A stretch of DNA of 63,480 bases, taken from positions 1 through 63,480 of the IMG/VR virus record IMGVR_UViG_3300042923_000762; one strand, 5' to 3'. Source of the stretch: a virus. Its lineage: Duplodnaviria; Caudoviricetes. The translations under genes and the position numbers were made by a program. Below the pieces are notes generated by a model, which saw only the letters and a program-made list of their open reading frames with translations, searched no databases and was not told the origin of the DNA. Position 1 is the stretch's first letter, and the number at the start of each line of letters is the position of its first letter. Below are positions 39,344-49,161 of this stretch, piece after piece.

Positions 39344-39877
39344 CTATAATTTCTTGCGATATTCTGCTGGAGCATTCGGATCTGTAATTTCATCACAACC
39401 TTGGATTTCATACTCTACTACCAGATTACCATTAGAGACTATACCGGCATGTGTTACTCGGGCACTATAATCTTGCGGAGGCAACACCTTTTCTTGAATA
39501 CATATGGTGCGCGCTGCTCCTGTATCTGCGAATTGGACGTAGTTAGTTGCGGCATATTTCATAGTACCATCCTCCAATTCAATTAAAGCGAATGTTTCGT
39601 GTAATGCTCCACCTTCAACTTCTTCAGATTCTGTTACCCACTGATGGAACCAGCCAATACCGTCATATACATCAATTTTTTCTTTGTGATCTTTGTGCCC
39701 GAAATGTACGGGCCTTAATCCATGCTTACCTTGGCCTAACCAGAAAGAGCAGGCCTTATCGCCCGCTCCTTTCTGGAGACCATCTTGTAAGCACGTCATG
39801 GCAAATAAATCTAATTGACCTTTTCTACGTTGTGTTGCTATTTGTATTTTACCACAGTTCATACAAGTTGGATTCAT
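39344..39877 (-). CDS. Hypothetical protein
   Basis: CMNC...C...C plus GWFHQW...ALIELEDG module. Confidence 0.7.
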   Translation of the reverse strand: MNPTCMNCGKIQIATQRRKGQLDLFAMTCLQDGLQKGAGDKACSFWLGQGKHGLRPVHFGHKDHKEKIDVYDGIGWFHQWVTESEEVEGGALHETFALIELEDGTMKYAATNYVQFADTGAARTICIQEKVLPPQDYSARVTHAGIVSNGNLVVEYEIQGCDEITDPNAPAEYRKKL

Positions 39878-39914
39878 ATTATCTTAACCTCCTGCGTCTA
39901 TGCGCTATGTTCTA

Positions 39915-40604
39915 TTATATTAAATTAGTCTTGAGCTCGTCTAACTGGGCCAGTAACTTCTTTGCTTCCGGATCTTTTTCTGCCAATAATTCCCATATAG
40001 CACGTTCTTCCATCATCTTCTTACGTGCCTGTAGTTGCTTAACCGTCTCTGAATAGAGGATTTCTTTCTTACGACACTCATCCAATTGAGTTCTAATTAC
40101 TACTTGAGCTATAAAGCCTCCACACGTATAATTGCCTGTAGGTGGAGCGTAATCTACTCTTGGCGGATGACTAACAATTACTGAGCCTACATGAAGGTTA
40201 TGATCTTTACCTTCATATACCACTTCTTGTCCCTCTTCATATGCTACCATTGATTGACATTTTGTTACATAACCACCTGGATGTTGTACAAATACTGTTA
40301 CGAATAAATCATTTACCATTGTTTTTTCCTCCTTGATTGTTGTCTGATTAATTGGTTTCTTACTTATTATTCTTGCACTGTTGCTTTTTGGCTTATCACA
40401 TGAACTAATGATAGCTCTTATCTGGCAGGTGGTTGTGTATCCACTAACTACTATACATTCAACAATATCACCTACATGTAAACTAGCATCGGCATATGCA
40501 AATGCTTCAAATTCCCCAGATTTATATTTTATCCGGGCTCTCACTTTATTCCAGCTCATATCATTTTTTATCCTCCAATCTGTACTTAGCGAACAAGGCA
40601 TCAT
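39915..40604 (-). CDS. Hypothetical protein with two small beta modules
   Basis: 229-aa ORF; start uncertain. Confidence 0.65.
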   Translation of the reverse strand: MMPCSLSTDWRIKNDMSWNKVRARIKYKSGEFEAFAYADASLHVGDIVECIVVSGYTTTCQIRAIISSCDKPKSNSARIISKKPINQTTIKEEKTMVNDLFVTVFVQHPGGYVTKCQSMVAYEEGQEVVYEGKDHNLHVGSVIVSHPPRVDYAPPTGNYTCGGFIAQVVIRTQLDECRKKEILYSETVKQLQARKKMMEERAIWELLAEKDPEAKKLLAQLDELKTNLI

Positions 40605-40800
40605 ACTCTAATTGCCTTTTGGTTTTAGGGGTTACTTTTACTGGTTGCGCCATGATAACTTCTTTAGTGTAAAATTTATGTCGGCACACAATACATTCTC
40701 TTCTGCGTTTCACAATTGTATCATGTAATCGTGTATCTACTGTTCTGGTTTTGCCTCCGCACTTAGGACAAGGCATATTCATTTCTATCACTCCCACCAT
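40561..40800 (-). CDS. NrdR-like zinc-ribbon protein
   Basis: CPKCG..TRTVDTR...VKRRRECIVC.HKFYTKE; no ATP-cone domain. Confidence 0.8.
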   Translation of the reverse strand: MVGVIEMNMPCPKCGGKTRTVDTRLHDTIVKRRRECIVCRHKFYTKEVIMAQPVKVTPKTKRQLEYDALFAKYRLEDKK

Positions 40801-41156
40801 TTATTTTCGAGATAGCTTTTTTGCATTTCTGCAACTTCCTCATTCAGAGTTATTACTCCTTTATTATTCCATTCTCCTAAGTAATACCCTTGAGATATAC
40901 GCCACACCTCTATATAACTGCGTGTTGCCTCATGCATTGGTGTTTTATGGTTTCCTCCTCTGGCTATTATTGCCTTAACTTCTTCCTGATGGCGATGGAA
41001 CATTACGATAGGATCCATAGGACCAAGTATACTGTGTTTAATCCATTTGTCAGGATTCTTAAACATTCCATTCCAATAAGCGTGCATTGAGCGGTGCTCA
41101 TCCGATAATAGTATAGGTTTTAAATCTGTACATTTAGTGTCTAACCAAAATCGCAT
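40788..41156 (-). CDS. Hypothetical protein
   Basis: AGGAGG RBS. Confidence 0.7.
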   Translation of the reverse strand: MRFWLDTKCTDLKPILLSDEHRSMHAYWNGMFKNPDKWIKHSILGPMDPIVMFHRHQEEVKAIIARGGNHKTPMHEATRSYIEVWRISQGYYLGEWNNKGVITLNEEVAEMQKSYLENKWWE

Positions 41157-41166
41157 ATTATACCTC

Positions 41167-41400
41167 CTAAATGAAACTATGTGTTTCTAGTAAGCTTCCT
41201 AGTTTAGCAAGCTCTTCACTGGTAAGTGTTAACCCTTTACCGCAATCAGTATGATCAGCATTCCAAGGACGAATATCATATTTTGCCTCTCCACCATTCC
41301 AACTCGTATTGGTTAATTCTAATTTCCAACCACTTGATCTTTCTGCAATTACACCTAATACCTCTTTAACTTCGAACGTGAATCCTTCTTTTCTTGCCAT
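41167..41400 (-). CDS. YdbC/PC4-like ssDNA-binding protein
   Basis: GWKLEL..TSWNG..AKYDIRPW..DH...GKGLTL. Confidence 0.85.
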   Translation of the reverse strand: MARKEGFTFEVKEVLGVIAERSSGWKLELTNTSWNGGEAKYDIRPWNADHTDCGKGLTLTSEELAKLGSLLETHSFI

Positions 41401-41412
41401 TGCATCTTCCTC

Positions 41413-41601
41413 CTATTTTCTTACTAACATGAATACCCAATTTTTTGTTTTACCTAAACATTCCCCGGTAAAAGGACCTATTCTGAAATAATCACCTTGT
41501 TCTGGCTCATGATACATACTAGGTCTATGGAACCATTTAACTACGGGCGAATTCCACCCCCATGATACAAATATCTCAAATACCTTTCCTCCTTTTTTCA
41601 T
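41413..41601 (-). CDS. Hypothetical protein
   Basis: GGAGGAG RBS. Confidence 0.55.
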   Translation of the reverse strand: MKKGGKVFEIFVSWGWNSPVVKWFHRPSMYHEPEQGDYFRIGPFTGECLGKTKNWVFMLVRK

Positions 41602-41603
41602 AG

Positions 41604-42002
41604 CTATCTCCTCCTCCTTCCTATAAGTCTCTTTGTATGATTATCCACCTGCATGTAACTTAACATGCCCTCGATGAAATACCTTTCACTTGTATGAATT
41701 TCAATTATGCGTCCATCGTTTAGAAATATGTCTGCATCTATATTCCATTCCGTTCTGTTTTTAGGAAGTGGATTAAGTAAAGCACCTATGACACCAAACA
41801 ACATTACACTTATGATAGAGCCACCTACCTGATTTAAACTATTACCTTTAGCTGTCCTCGTTCTGTCACTTACTACTATTATATCCTGGATATCAAGAAC
41901 TTCGCTGTGTAGGAATCTACTACCATATATTTTATTGCCTATACGTGTCACTGAGTTAAAGTAACATTCACTCTTATTTAACACTGTTGTGGTTGGGTGC
42001 AT
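41604..42002 (-). CDS. Hypothetical protein with one hydrophobic segment
   Basis: AAGGAGG RBS; VGGSIISVMLFGVIGALL. Confidence 0.65.
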   Translation of the reverse strand: MHPTTTVLNKSECYFNSVTRIGNKIYGSRFLHSEVLDIQDIIVVSDRTRTAKGNSLNQVGGSIISVMLFGVIGALLNPLPKNRTEWNIDADIFLNDGRIIEIHTSERYFIEGMLSYMQVDNHTKRLIGRRRR

Positions 42003-42248
42003 AGGTACCTCCTTATTTTATCTTGTTTTTATTTAATTATACGCTTTATTAAGTACCTTTTCAATCTTGAAGTTGGATATATCTTTCAACATTCAGAAGG
42101 AAAGTGTTTTACGGTTATTGCAGCTAGTCTAATTAACTCATGTAAGATTTCCTCAAAGGTAGGTACTTCTCCTTTTTGTTTCATGAGATTTTTTGTTATT
42201 GGGATCAATATACGTGACTCATATTCAGTTAATTCATAGTCTAGAAAA

Positions 42249-42566
42249 TCATCCATGCCTTTCTCCTTTATAGAGTAACTTACTCCAAGCCATATCTAAT
42301 TGTCCCTTAATTACGAATAGTGTGTGATCTTCCCCACAATCATAATAACTATTTATTTCTTCTTCCGTTATTTGCATCCCCCAAATTTGATCGGTAGCAG
42401 CTAATCCTCCAAGTCTTATTCTTAGTACATATTGGGGCGTTCTGCGATTGTCATGTTCATATAAGTTGAACCATGATACATCAATATCTCTCACAACTAA
42501 TTGATCACCTAACTTTACTCTTATCTTATCACAAAAATCAGGGTCTCCTAAACGTATACTTTTCAT
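42249..42566 (-). CDS. Hypothetical protein
   Basis: GGAGG RBS. Confidence 0.65.
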   Translation of the reverse strand: MKSIRLGDPDFCDKIRVKLGDQLVVRDIDVSWFNLYEHDNRRTPQYVLRIRLGGLAATDQIWGMQITEEEINSYYDCGEDHTLFVIKGQLDMAWSKLLYKGERHG

Positions 42567-42590
42567 TTACTTTTCCTCCAATGCTCTTTA

Positions 42591-42617
42591 GAGATGGGCG
42601 AAATCTGGTGCCCGTGG
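42591..42617 (+). repeat. Dispersed element (copy)
   Basis: GAGATGGGC-GAAATCTGGTG-CCCGTGG. Confidence 0.75.
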
Positions 42618-42763
42618 TTTAGATACTTCATGCACATCCTACGTAATAAGTGAATTCTCTTATGTAGATGGTTCTTACATTGAGCTGTATGCTCCCATCG
42701 ACATCTTTCGCAACTCTTTTTCATCGTCGGGCCACCTTCCTAAGAAAAAAGGCCTAGCCGAAG

Positions 42764-42967
42764 CTACGCCTTTAAATTCTTACGTACCATATGTTTATGT
42801 CGCCATTCCTTAAGTACTTCCGCGCTACATTCCTTGCAGTAGTCTTGTCTATCATCTGCGGACTGTGTTCTTCTTGAGAATGACGTAAGTGGTAAATAGT
42901 TATTACAGTGAGGGCAATGTTTATGAATAATCCCTCTTATTACTTTTCTCTCTTTTGTGATTGGCAT
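42764..42967 (-). CDS. Small zinc-finger protein
   Basis: KHCPHC..LPL..F...DDRQDYCKEC, similar to the N-terminal module of HNH endonucleases. Confidence 0.7.
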   Translation of the reverse strand: MPITKERKVIRGIIHKHCPHCNNYLPLTSFSRRTQSADDRQDYCKECSAEVLKEWRHKHMVRKNLKA

Positions 42968-44454
42968 TGCATCACTCCCCCCTCTAATTCTGTGATGATT
43001 TCCATAATACTATCATAATAGTCCTCGGCAGGTAGATCAATGTGCATCGTATCTAAGTAATGCTGCATTTTTTCTGCATCAAATACACCGCCATAATTCA
43101 TTTTGTACGGAACATGTAAAGCTATGGCTATATCGCGGATTGTTGGCTCTTCTTCAGCGATTGGCTCAGTACTTCCCCCATCCTCTTCGATAGATCCGAC
43201 ACCGCTGTCTGGGATTCCGCCAGTGTGGAGTTCAGGTTCAGGGAAATCTGCGTATCTAATTTCGGGAGTTGAAATGTTGCTACTCCAGCTGTCGGCGTCT
43301 TGGGATTCCAGGATGGTGTCGGAATTGGGATATGCAATTCCGGGACTTCTGGAGTCTTGAACTTCAGTTGAGACGAGTTCAACATTATCTGGGGAGATAC
43401 TATGCCCCCCGTCGCCATCAAGCCCTTTGTTAGCTTTTTCATGTTTTTTGACACGTCCTTCATTGTCTCGGGTAGACTTTTTTGGTTTGCTTGTTTTCGA
43501 TCCGCTACCGACATTTGCTTTTGTTGTTTCAATTTTTGTCCGATCGACTGTTTCTGCTGTTTCTGCTTCTTCAGCTTTTCCTTCATTCTCTTTTGCTCTC
43601 GATTCAGGGACATAACCACTTTCCTCCTTATTTGATGCTATTAGGGTTGACTTACCCTCAATTGTTAGGTCATGTAGCTTAAGTCCTCCTACAGTTACTT
43701 GAGTTCCTCCTGGCAAGGTACACACACCAGTAAATAACTCACGTGTAAGTTCTAAATCCGATTCTAACACAGGCACAAACATTTTCCTAATAAGCATTAT
43801 ACCACTTTGCCCTTTAGAATATCCCTTAAATACACCATAACCCCAATCTTCTAAATACTTTCTTACATCAGACTTACTTAGAACAGGAACACTGTACATA
43901 TTACAGAACATTTGATAGTAATCATACACATCCTTCAATGTGGTCTTTCCATATAAGGTATTAAGTGTGTAGAAATTATTATGATTCTGTGTGAATACAT
44001 ATTGCCTGATGAAAACCTTAAGATACTGTTCCTTGGAGGATATAGAAGCGGTTGTATCTATACCTAGGATTTTCTGTCTCATAGTCAGTGCAATTTTGGT
44101 ATCTGCCATTGTAGCTAATCTTAACTGTACTGATTGAGGCAAAGCGGAAAAGGTTTCCATCTTTACAGAACACCAGATATTATTCTCTACATCTTCAGTA
44201 AATCCTCCCATTAACATGAGACTTTCTACTATTGACTCATTTAATACATGGCTACCAGACACAAACGCATCAAACATAGAAAAGAAAAATTGTGTACTTA
44301 ATCCTTTAGGAAAATCTCCAGTATCTACCTTCTTCATAATAAAGAAGGAATCCACAAATTGATGGAAATTTGCCCTGTCACGTAACTCAGCGTTACTGTA
44401 TACCGGAGTTACCACTATCTTCACCTCCATAATGTTTTTCATAACAAATCTCAC
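42940..44454 (-). CDS. Putative DNA-binding or replication accessory protein with a winged helix like the primase C-terminus
   Basis: LKDVYDYYQMFC...VLSKSDV...WGY...KGYSKGQSG resembles the primase C-terminal INDIYQVYAVWC...VSKK...MGF..KGYFNGSSG. Confidence 0.6.
   Translation of the reverse strand: MRFVMKNIMEVKIVVTPVYSNAELRDRANFHQFVDSFFIMKKVDTGDFPKGLSTQFFFSMFDAFVSGSHVLNESIVESLMLMGGFTEDVENNIWCSVKMETFSALPQSVQLRLATMADTKIALTMRQKILGIDTTASISSKEQYLKVFIRQYVFTQNHNNFYTLNTLYGKTTLKDVYDYYQMFCNMYSVPVLSKSDVRKYLEDWGYGVFKGYSKGQSGIMLIRKMFVPVLESDLELTRELFTGVCTLPGGTQVTVGGLKLHDLTIEGKSTLIASNKEESGYVPESRAKENEGKAEEAETAETVDRTKIETTKANVGSGSKTSKPKKSTRDNEGRVKKHEKANKGLDGDGGHSISPDNVELVSTEVQDSRSPGIAYPNSDTILESQDADSWSSNISTPEIRYADFPEPELHTGGIPDSGVGSIEEDGGSTEPIAEEEPTIRDIAIALHVPYKMNYGGVFDAEKMQHYLDTMHIDLPAEDYYDSIMEIITELEGGVMQCQSQKREK
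43128..43613 (-). CDS. Nested overprinted ORF (161 aa) inside 42940..44454
   Basis: TAAGGAGG 9 nt before ATG 43613; MSLNREQKRMKEK... Confidence 0.55.
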   Translation of the reverse strand: MSLNREQKRMKEKLKKQKQQKQSIGQKLKQQKQMSVADRKQANQKSLPETMKDVSKNMKKLTKGLMATGGIVSPQIMLNSSQLKFKTPEVPELHIPIPTPSWNPKTPTAGVATFQLPKLDTQISLNLNSTLAESQTAVSDLSKRMGEVLSQSLKKSQQSAI

Positions 44455-44608
44455 ACACTTCTGTGGGTTTACCCTTTGTGTGTTTAGTTGGAATAGTAAT
44501 TAAATCATCCACAGGATAATCTATTCCACATTCGTGACATTTGTGTGTCATCTTATCTTTAGATTTCGGCATATTCTTCCCTCCTATAGCAATCGCCGCA
44601 TACTTCAA
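44393..44608 (-). CDS. Small zinc-finger protein
   Basis: CHEC...VCEICY. Confidence 0.6.
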   Translation of the reverse strand: MKYAAIAIGGKNMPKSKDKMTHKCHECGIDYPVDDLITIPTKHTKGKPTEVCEICYEKHYGGEDSGNSGIQ

Positions 44609-44846
44609 TTGGTTTTCCTGTATAACTATCTCCTACAACATGTATATCACTCTTAACTACGATATCTTCACATATTGTACAAGTTATAGCTTCTTCAAAT
44701 TCTTCCGCGCCACACTGCGGACATGTTCCAACTTCAATTGGCGCACCATGAGAATATGGTGTATCACTTCCCACTTCCGCGCTGATAGGTACTCTTTTGT
44801 TGAATGGTCTGTCAAATATAAAATTACAGTTTTCACAAATGAACAT
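44559..44846 (-). CDS. Zinc-finger protein
   Basis: CENC, CPQC, CTIC and CGDC motifs. Confidence 0.7.
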   Translation of the reverse strand: MFICENCNFIFDRPFNKRVPISAEVGSDTPYSHGAPIEVGTCPQCGAEEFEEAITCTICEDIVVKSDIHVVGDSYTGKPIEVCGDCYRREEYAEI

Positions 44847-44858
44847 GTACTCATCTCC

Positions 44859-45287
44859 TTAATCTAATCCGTATAACCAGTTCTGAACAATCTCCATATG
44901 CTTTATTTTGCCTATGAGAGAACGAAACTCTTTTGCCGATATCATTTCATCCTTTGTCAGGCCTTCTTGTCCATACCTATCTGCCTGTATATAGATGTGT
45001 GTCTTATACTCTTCCAACTGATTCAGCATGGTAATCCGCTTTGCCATGGAAAAATCTGAAATAGCTTTCTTAGCTGAATTGAATGGTAACTTAAGTAAGT
45101 CGGATAATGTTAGATTACTGATGAAAGCTGAATCTTCACATTTAAGTAATAATGTCTTTACCTCCTCACTGTTATCCTGCATTATAGCCTCGAATACTTG
45201 ATAGTCTATAGGAGTGTTTTCATCAAACACCCCCATAGCCTCTATAGATTGCCATGCCTCTTTAACTACTGAGTTGACTATGCACAT
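44859..45287 (-). CDS. Hypothetical protein
   Basis: GGAGG RBS; downstream of a CGTTAA promoter. Confidence 0.7.
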   Translation of the reverse strand: MCIVNSVVKEAWQSIEAMGVFDENTPIDYQVFEAIMQDNSEEVKTLLLKCEDSAFISNLTLSDLLKLPFNSAKKAISDFSMAKRITMLNQLEEYKTHIYIQADRYGQEGLTKDEMISAKEFRSLIGKIKHMEIVQNWLYGLD

Positions 45288-45322
45288 AGATGTACCTCCA
45301 TCAAAATTTATTTTATATTAAT

Positions 45323-45352
45323 ATTATACAACATTTTCAAATATTTTTAACG
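45323..45352 (-). promoter_or_regulatory. Phage-type promoter CGTTAAAAAT-N14-TATAAT
   Basis: Exact consensus and spacing. Confidence 0.75.
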
Positions 45353-45367
45353 AGGTATTTGGAATCA

Positions 45368-47764
45368 TCATCTGCTAGAACTTAGGATAATGGCAATCTG
45401 TAATTGGTTCTCCTTGTAGTCCTCTGAGTCTTTATTCAAACGTAAAGAATCAAAATATGACTGCCCAGAAGATCCATTAAAGTATCCTTTCTTTCTTTCG
45501 AATCCCATGTCACTAACTCTTTGTACAAACACCTTTTTACTTACAGCACGAAGGGCTTCTGTTTCACACCATACAGCATATACCTGGTAGATATCATTGA
45601 TGGCTGAAGCACCATCACCTTCTGAAGTACACATATTATGCACAAATTGTGTAACGCTATCGTTTTGTGCTCTGTATTCAATGTTGTACAAGTCTAATTC
45701 TGGACTGACGGAAAATTCATCGTTAGTAATAAGACGCTTTAGGCCCTCCATCATCCAGTTAAAGATACCTGCCCGCTCCTCTTTAAGAGCTGTTTGTATT
45801 TCTATCTTTACCTTATTGGATGCTCTAAACTGATTGGGGAATTTAACGAAGAACCATCTGTCATACCAAGCTATAGTGTTATCACCAGTTCTAGGAGTCT
45901 CTTGTGAACTATAAATAAATCGAGCCACATTAGCAAATTGGAACGAATCTTTGCCCTTATACTCTGCTGATATTGTTCCTCCTGCTATAAGATTTTTTGC
46001 TGTACTGGTTTCCTTTGTAAATGATACGGTGGTATCATCAAAGATGTTAACCAATTTATCTTTCAAACTAGAAGGACCAAATCTTGCAAATAATCCATCA
46101 TAAGAAAGGGCAGCTGCATGAGTCCCAAAGAAGCTCTGTAGAAACTCAACAAGCATTGACTTACCGTTCTTTCCCTTTCCATATAAGAATAGCGCTTTAC
46201 GATAATTGGTATTGGGAATAAGACAATATCCTAGGTATTCTTGCACTACTTGTCTAACTGATTCGGAAGGTAACCATTCCTCCAAGTACCTCTCAAATCT
46301 AGGGCATGTTGCATGGGGATCATAGTCGATATCAAATGAAACAGTGGTTTTATACTTCGGATCCCAAGGAACTAACGTTTTGCTATCCCAATTGACCATT
46401 CCATTATTAACTACTATGTACTCCCTTAGATCCTCGGAATGGGCTCCTAAGTCGAAGTCATCCACAGTCTTATAAGCCATAGTAAATGATTCTTCCAATG
46501 CCGTTCTTGTTTCATCAATATAAGAACGTTTGTCCCATGCTGTATCTCCATAGTGTGTAGACGTGAGTACATCACGAATCCACCTATTGATTAGGGCATA
46601 ATTACGGGTAGCTGTCCATGGTCCCTTATCAGCGGAAGTATAATAATATATCTTTGAATATTGGTCAAAGTGTAAATGTATACCTCCATTGTTGAGATAT
46701 TGTAATACACACTTTGCCATCTTGGATGCTTCGAAAGTTGTTTTATTACCTTTTTGCTCTTTGTACTCCGCATCCTTCATTGTTTCTGCTTCATAGAAAT
46801 AAGTGACCTTGTCAATGATTGCTTGGTCTTCTAACGGCGGATCACAATATTGCATATTGTGCTTCAAACAGATATCTAAGATAAAATCCTTACCAAAACG
46901 TCTTAAGTCTCTATTAGCACAGTAATGGCCTACTATAGCCGTCATTGTATTATCACGACTACCTTCAGGAATTTGCTGTGTCAATAATTCATCTGTTACT
47001 ACAATTTTATGTCCTGTCTTACCTCTTTGTTCCTTAATTTCCTTCGGTTTGGAAATAACAACTTCAGGGGGTATATCAAAGCTGATATCTTCTGTTTCAA
47101 ACTCCTCTTCCAAACTAAAATCACTCACATTGCTAGGAGTATCAAAATTAATGGTAAATGTGGATGATCCTTTAGTAATGTTCGTGGTTTTGGAATAATC
47201 CTCTAATCGAATCAAATCAATTAACCACTGAGGAGCCATTGCACAGTCAATATCCCATGGACTTCTTTCTTCTGTCCATTCATATACACGCCCTGTAACA
47301 TGAACTGAAGGAGGTAGAACAGTTTGTTGTCCTGTACACAATAAAGCACACTCCTGGTGCGCCCCGTCACCAGTTTGTTTAAACTTCTTGGTTTTGATGC
47401 CCTCTGGAATTAAATACAAAAGACGACTTCCCGCACCAGTGGAAAATTCCCAAGTGCCAGGTATATCACCTTTAGACATTTCCATCAACAATTTAACGCC
47501 TTCGTCACCATCGACATCTATTCCACAATAACCGCTTGCATCACCCAATGGTAATCCAATGTTGAATTTTTTGAATGAAGATATCCAACTCTGCAGATCT
47601 TTCTGTGTTGTATTGTCATGGGATTGCCATTCTTTTATTAGTGGCGTTTTTCCTGCACATTTACATCTATCTATATGGGTGCTTGTCATATGTTGATGAT
47701 CCGGAGGACAAACAGGAATAATAGGTAAACCAAGATCTATTAGTCGTTTAGCCTCTTCTATCAC
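45368..47764 (-). CDS. Primase-polymerase (Prim-Pol) fused to a D5/SF3 helicase with C-terminal winged helix
   Basis: GKTP, NIGL, IDVD, VLPPSVH; IPEGSRDN (PriCT-like); LYGKGKNGKS Walker A. Confidence 0.92.
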   Translation of the reverse strand: MIEEAKRLIDLGLPIIPVCPPDHQHMTSTHIDRCKCAGKTPLIKEWQSHDNTTQKDLQSWISSFKKFNIGLPLGDASGYCGIDVDGDEGVKLLMEMSKGDIPGTWEFSTGAGSRLLYLIPEGIKTKKFKQTGDGAHQECALLCTGQQTVLPPSVHVTGRVYEWTEERSPWDIDCAMAPQWLIDLIRLEDYSKTTNITKGSSTFTINFDTPSNVSDFSLEEEFETEDISFDIPPEVVISKPKEIKEQRGKTGHKIVVTDELLTQQIPEGSRDNTMTAIVGHYCANRDLRRFGKDFILDICLKHNMQYCDPPLEDQAIIDKVTYFYEAETMKDAEYKEQKGNKTTFEASKMAKCVLQYLNNGGIHLHFDQYSKIYYYTSADKGPWTATRNYALINRWIRDVLTSTHYGDTAWDKRSYIDETRTALEESFTMAYKTVDDFDLGAHSEDLREYIVVNNGMVNWDSKTLVPWDPKYKTTVSFDIDYDPHATCPRFERYLEEWLPSESVRQVVQEYLGYCLIPNTNYRKALFLYGKGKNGKSMLVEFLQSFFGTHAAALSYDGLFARFGPSSLKDKLVNIFDDTTVSFTKETSTAKNLIAGGTISAEYKGKDSFQFANVARFIYSSQETPRTGDNTIAWYDRWFFVKFPNQFRASNKVKIEIQTALKEERAGIFNWMMEGLKRLITNDEFSVSPELDLYNIEYRAQNDSVTQFVHNMCTSEGDGASAINDIYQVYAVWCETEALRAVSKKVFVQRVSDMGFERKKGYFNGSSGQSYFDSLRLNKDSEDYKENQLQIAIILSSSR

Positions 47765-47779
47765 AATTCGTTCCTCCTA

Positions 47780-48814
47780 TTAAGATAATTGCCAAGTGCA
47801 TTCCTGTGCTCTCTTACTTTCATGGAATTGTTCAAACCTAGGATGTCTTGGATATCCAGCTTCTGTGGCTTCCATGAAAGATACTTTAATTACTCTATTT
47901 AGATAGTCCTTAGGGTTCTGAGATATTTGCTCACGTAAAGTTTCGCTAATACCCGAACATGTACATATCTTAGTTGGTTCGCCATCTACATAAGCACTTA
48001 ATTCTAATGCACCTATCCAATTATTATAATGATATTTCGTTACAGGAGATAACACTCCACGAACATCTAACCAATAAGGCCAATCTTGGATATTTTTTCC
48101 CTCATACAAAACTTTAGGGGCTTCAAAACCTGAAATATAAAAATCCGCTGTGTCCTTCTGTTTCATCTTCATCCATTGCCACATAGGATCTTTACCCATA
48201 ATGTAAAGGCTGTCTAACTTTTTGAGAACAATACCTTCTCTGCCAGAATTGATAATCTCTTCGTAAAATTGCTTCTTTCCCTTTACGCGTCGTTCAGCTA
48301 GATGAATATATTGCTCCATTGATGTGCCCTTAATATAACGATCATAATAATACTCAAGGGTCTCACGTCTCTTTTCATATGTTTGATTGACTAACCATGT
48401 ACCCTTAGGGGTCCGTAGCATATCCCACATAGTATAATGAATAAGTCCATAGTCATTTTGAAATGACACAGCCACATCTGAGCCTGATCCAGTCACTCTA
48501 GTACAAAATTGACTAGTTTTACCTGGAAAGTTAATTTCACCATCAAGAATAATATTAGGCATATTAAGGTTCAAGAAGAAATCTCTTAGATGAGGATAGT
48601 TATCTGTTTTTTCACAACCCTCAGTACTAAAGAATCTACAATGGAACATAATATAATGACATCCATCTGTCTTCTCTTCTGCAGCATACTCATCAGACAA
48701 AAGAATCTGCTGTAATTTGTCTACCTGTTTTGCATTATCTTCCTTAATGGAGTTTGGTTTCATAACACTAATCTTACTGACAAACTCTAAGAATTGTTGT
48801 TGCATATTGTCCAT
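47780..48814 (-). CDS. ATP-dependent DNA ligase
   Basis: EEKTDG, ILDGEI, EGIVLK, WMKMK and PRHPRF motifs. Confidence 0.9.
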   Translation of the reverse strand: MDNMQQQFLEFVSKISVMKPNSIKEDNAKQVDKLQQILLSDEYAAEEKTDGCHYIMFHCRFFSTEGCEKTDNYPHLRDFFLNLNMPNIILDGEINFPGKTSQFCTRVTGSGSDVAVSFQNDYGLIHYTMWDMLRTPKGTWLVNQTYEKRRETLEYYYDRYIKGTSMEQYIHLAERRVKGKKQFYEEIINSGREGIVLKKLDSLYIMGKDPMWQWMKMKQKDTADFYISGFEAPKVLYEGKNIQDWPYWLDVRGVLSPVTKYHYNNWIGALELSAYVDGEPTKICTCSGISETLREQISQNPKDYLNRVIKVSFMEATEAGYPRHPRFEQFHESKRAQECTWQLS

Positions 48815-48816
48815 GG

Positions 48817-48993
48817 TTATACCTCTTTTCCCGGTTTAAGATCAACGTATAATCTGATAGCATTAATTAAAGCTTCATTTACCGTTTCTTCTCTAGCGGC
48901 CTGAGCTCTTTTAAAATCCCAATATAAAGATGTAGGTATAGGCCCACCGACATTCTTTGTCTCATCCGGAATTGTTGTTTTTGCATCTGACAT
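48817..48993 (-). CDS. Small putative ribbon-helix-helix protein (58 aa, not in ORF track)
   Basis: KNVGGPIPTSLYWDFKRAQAAREETVNEALINAIRLYV; AAGGAGG RBS; first gene after a promoter. Confidence 0.6.
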   Translation of the reverse strand: MSDAKTTIPDETKNVGGPIPTSLYWDFKRAQAAREETVNEALINAIRLYVDLKPGKEV

Positions 48994-49064
48994 AAACTGC
49001 CCTCCTTAATATTATTAGTAGTGTTGTATTTTAGAATATTATATTTCTAAAAATCTATATTATT

Positions 49065-49094
49065 ATAATATTAAAAAATAATATATTTTTAACG
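49065..49094 (-). promoter_or_regulatory. Phage-type promoter CGTTAAAAAT-N14-TATTAT
   Basis: Exact consensus and spacing. Confidence 0.75.
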
Positions 49095-49161
49095 AGGTAC
49101 AAATTACAATTTACGGACAGCCTGATAATTAAATGTGACATCTTACTTATAGGGTATCAAG

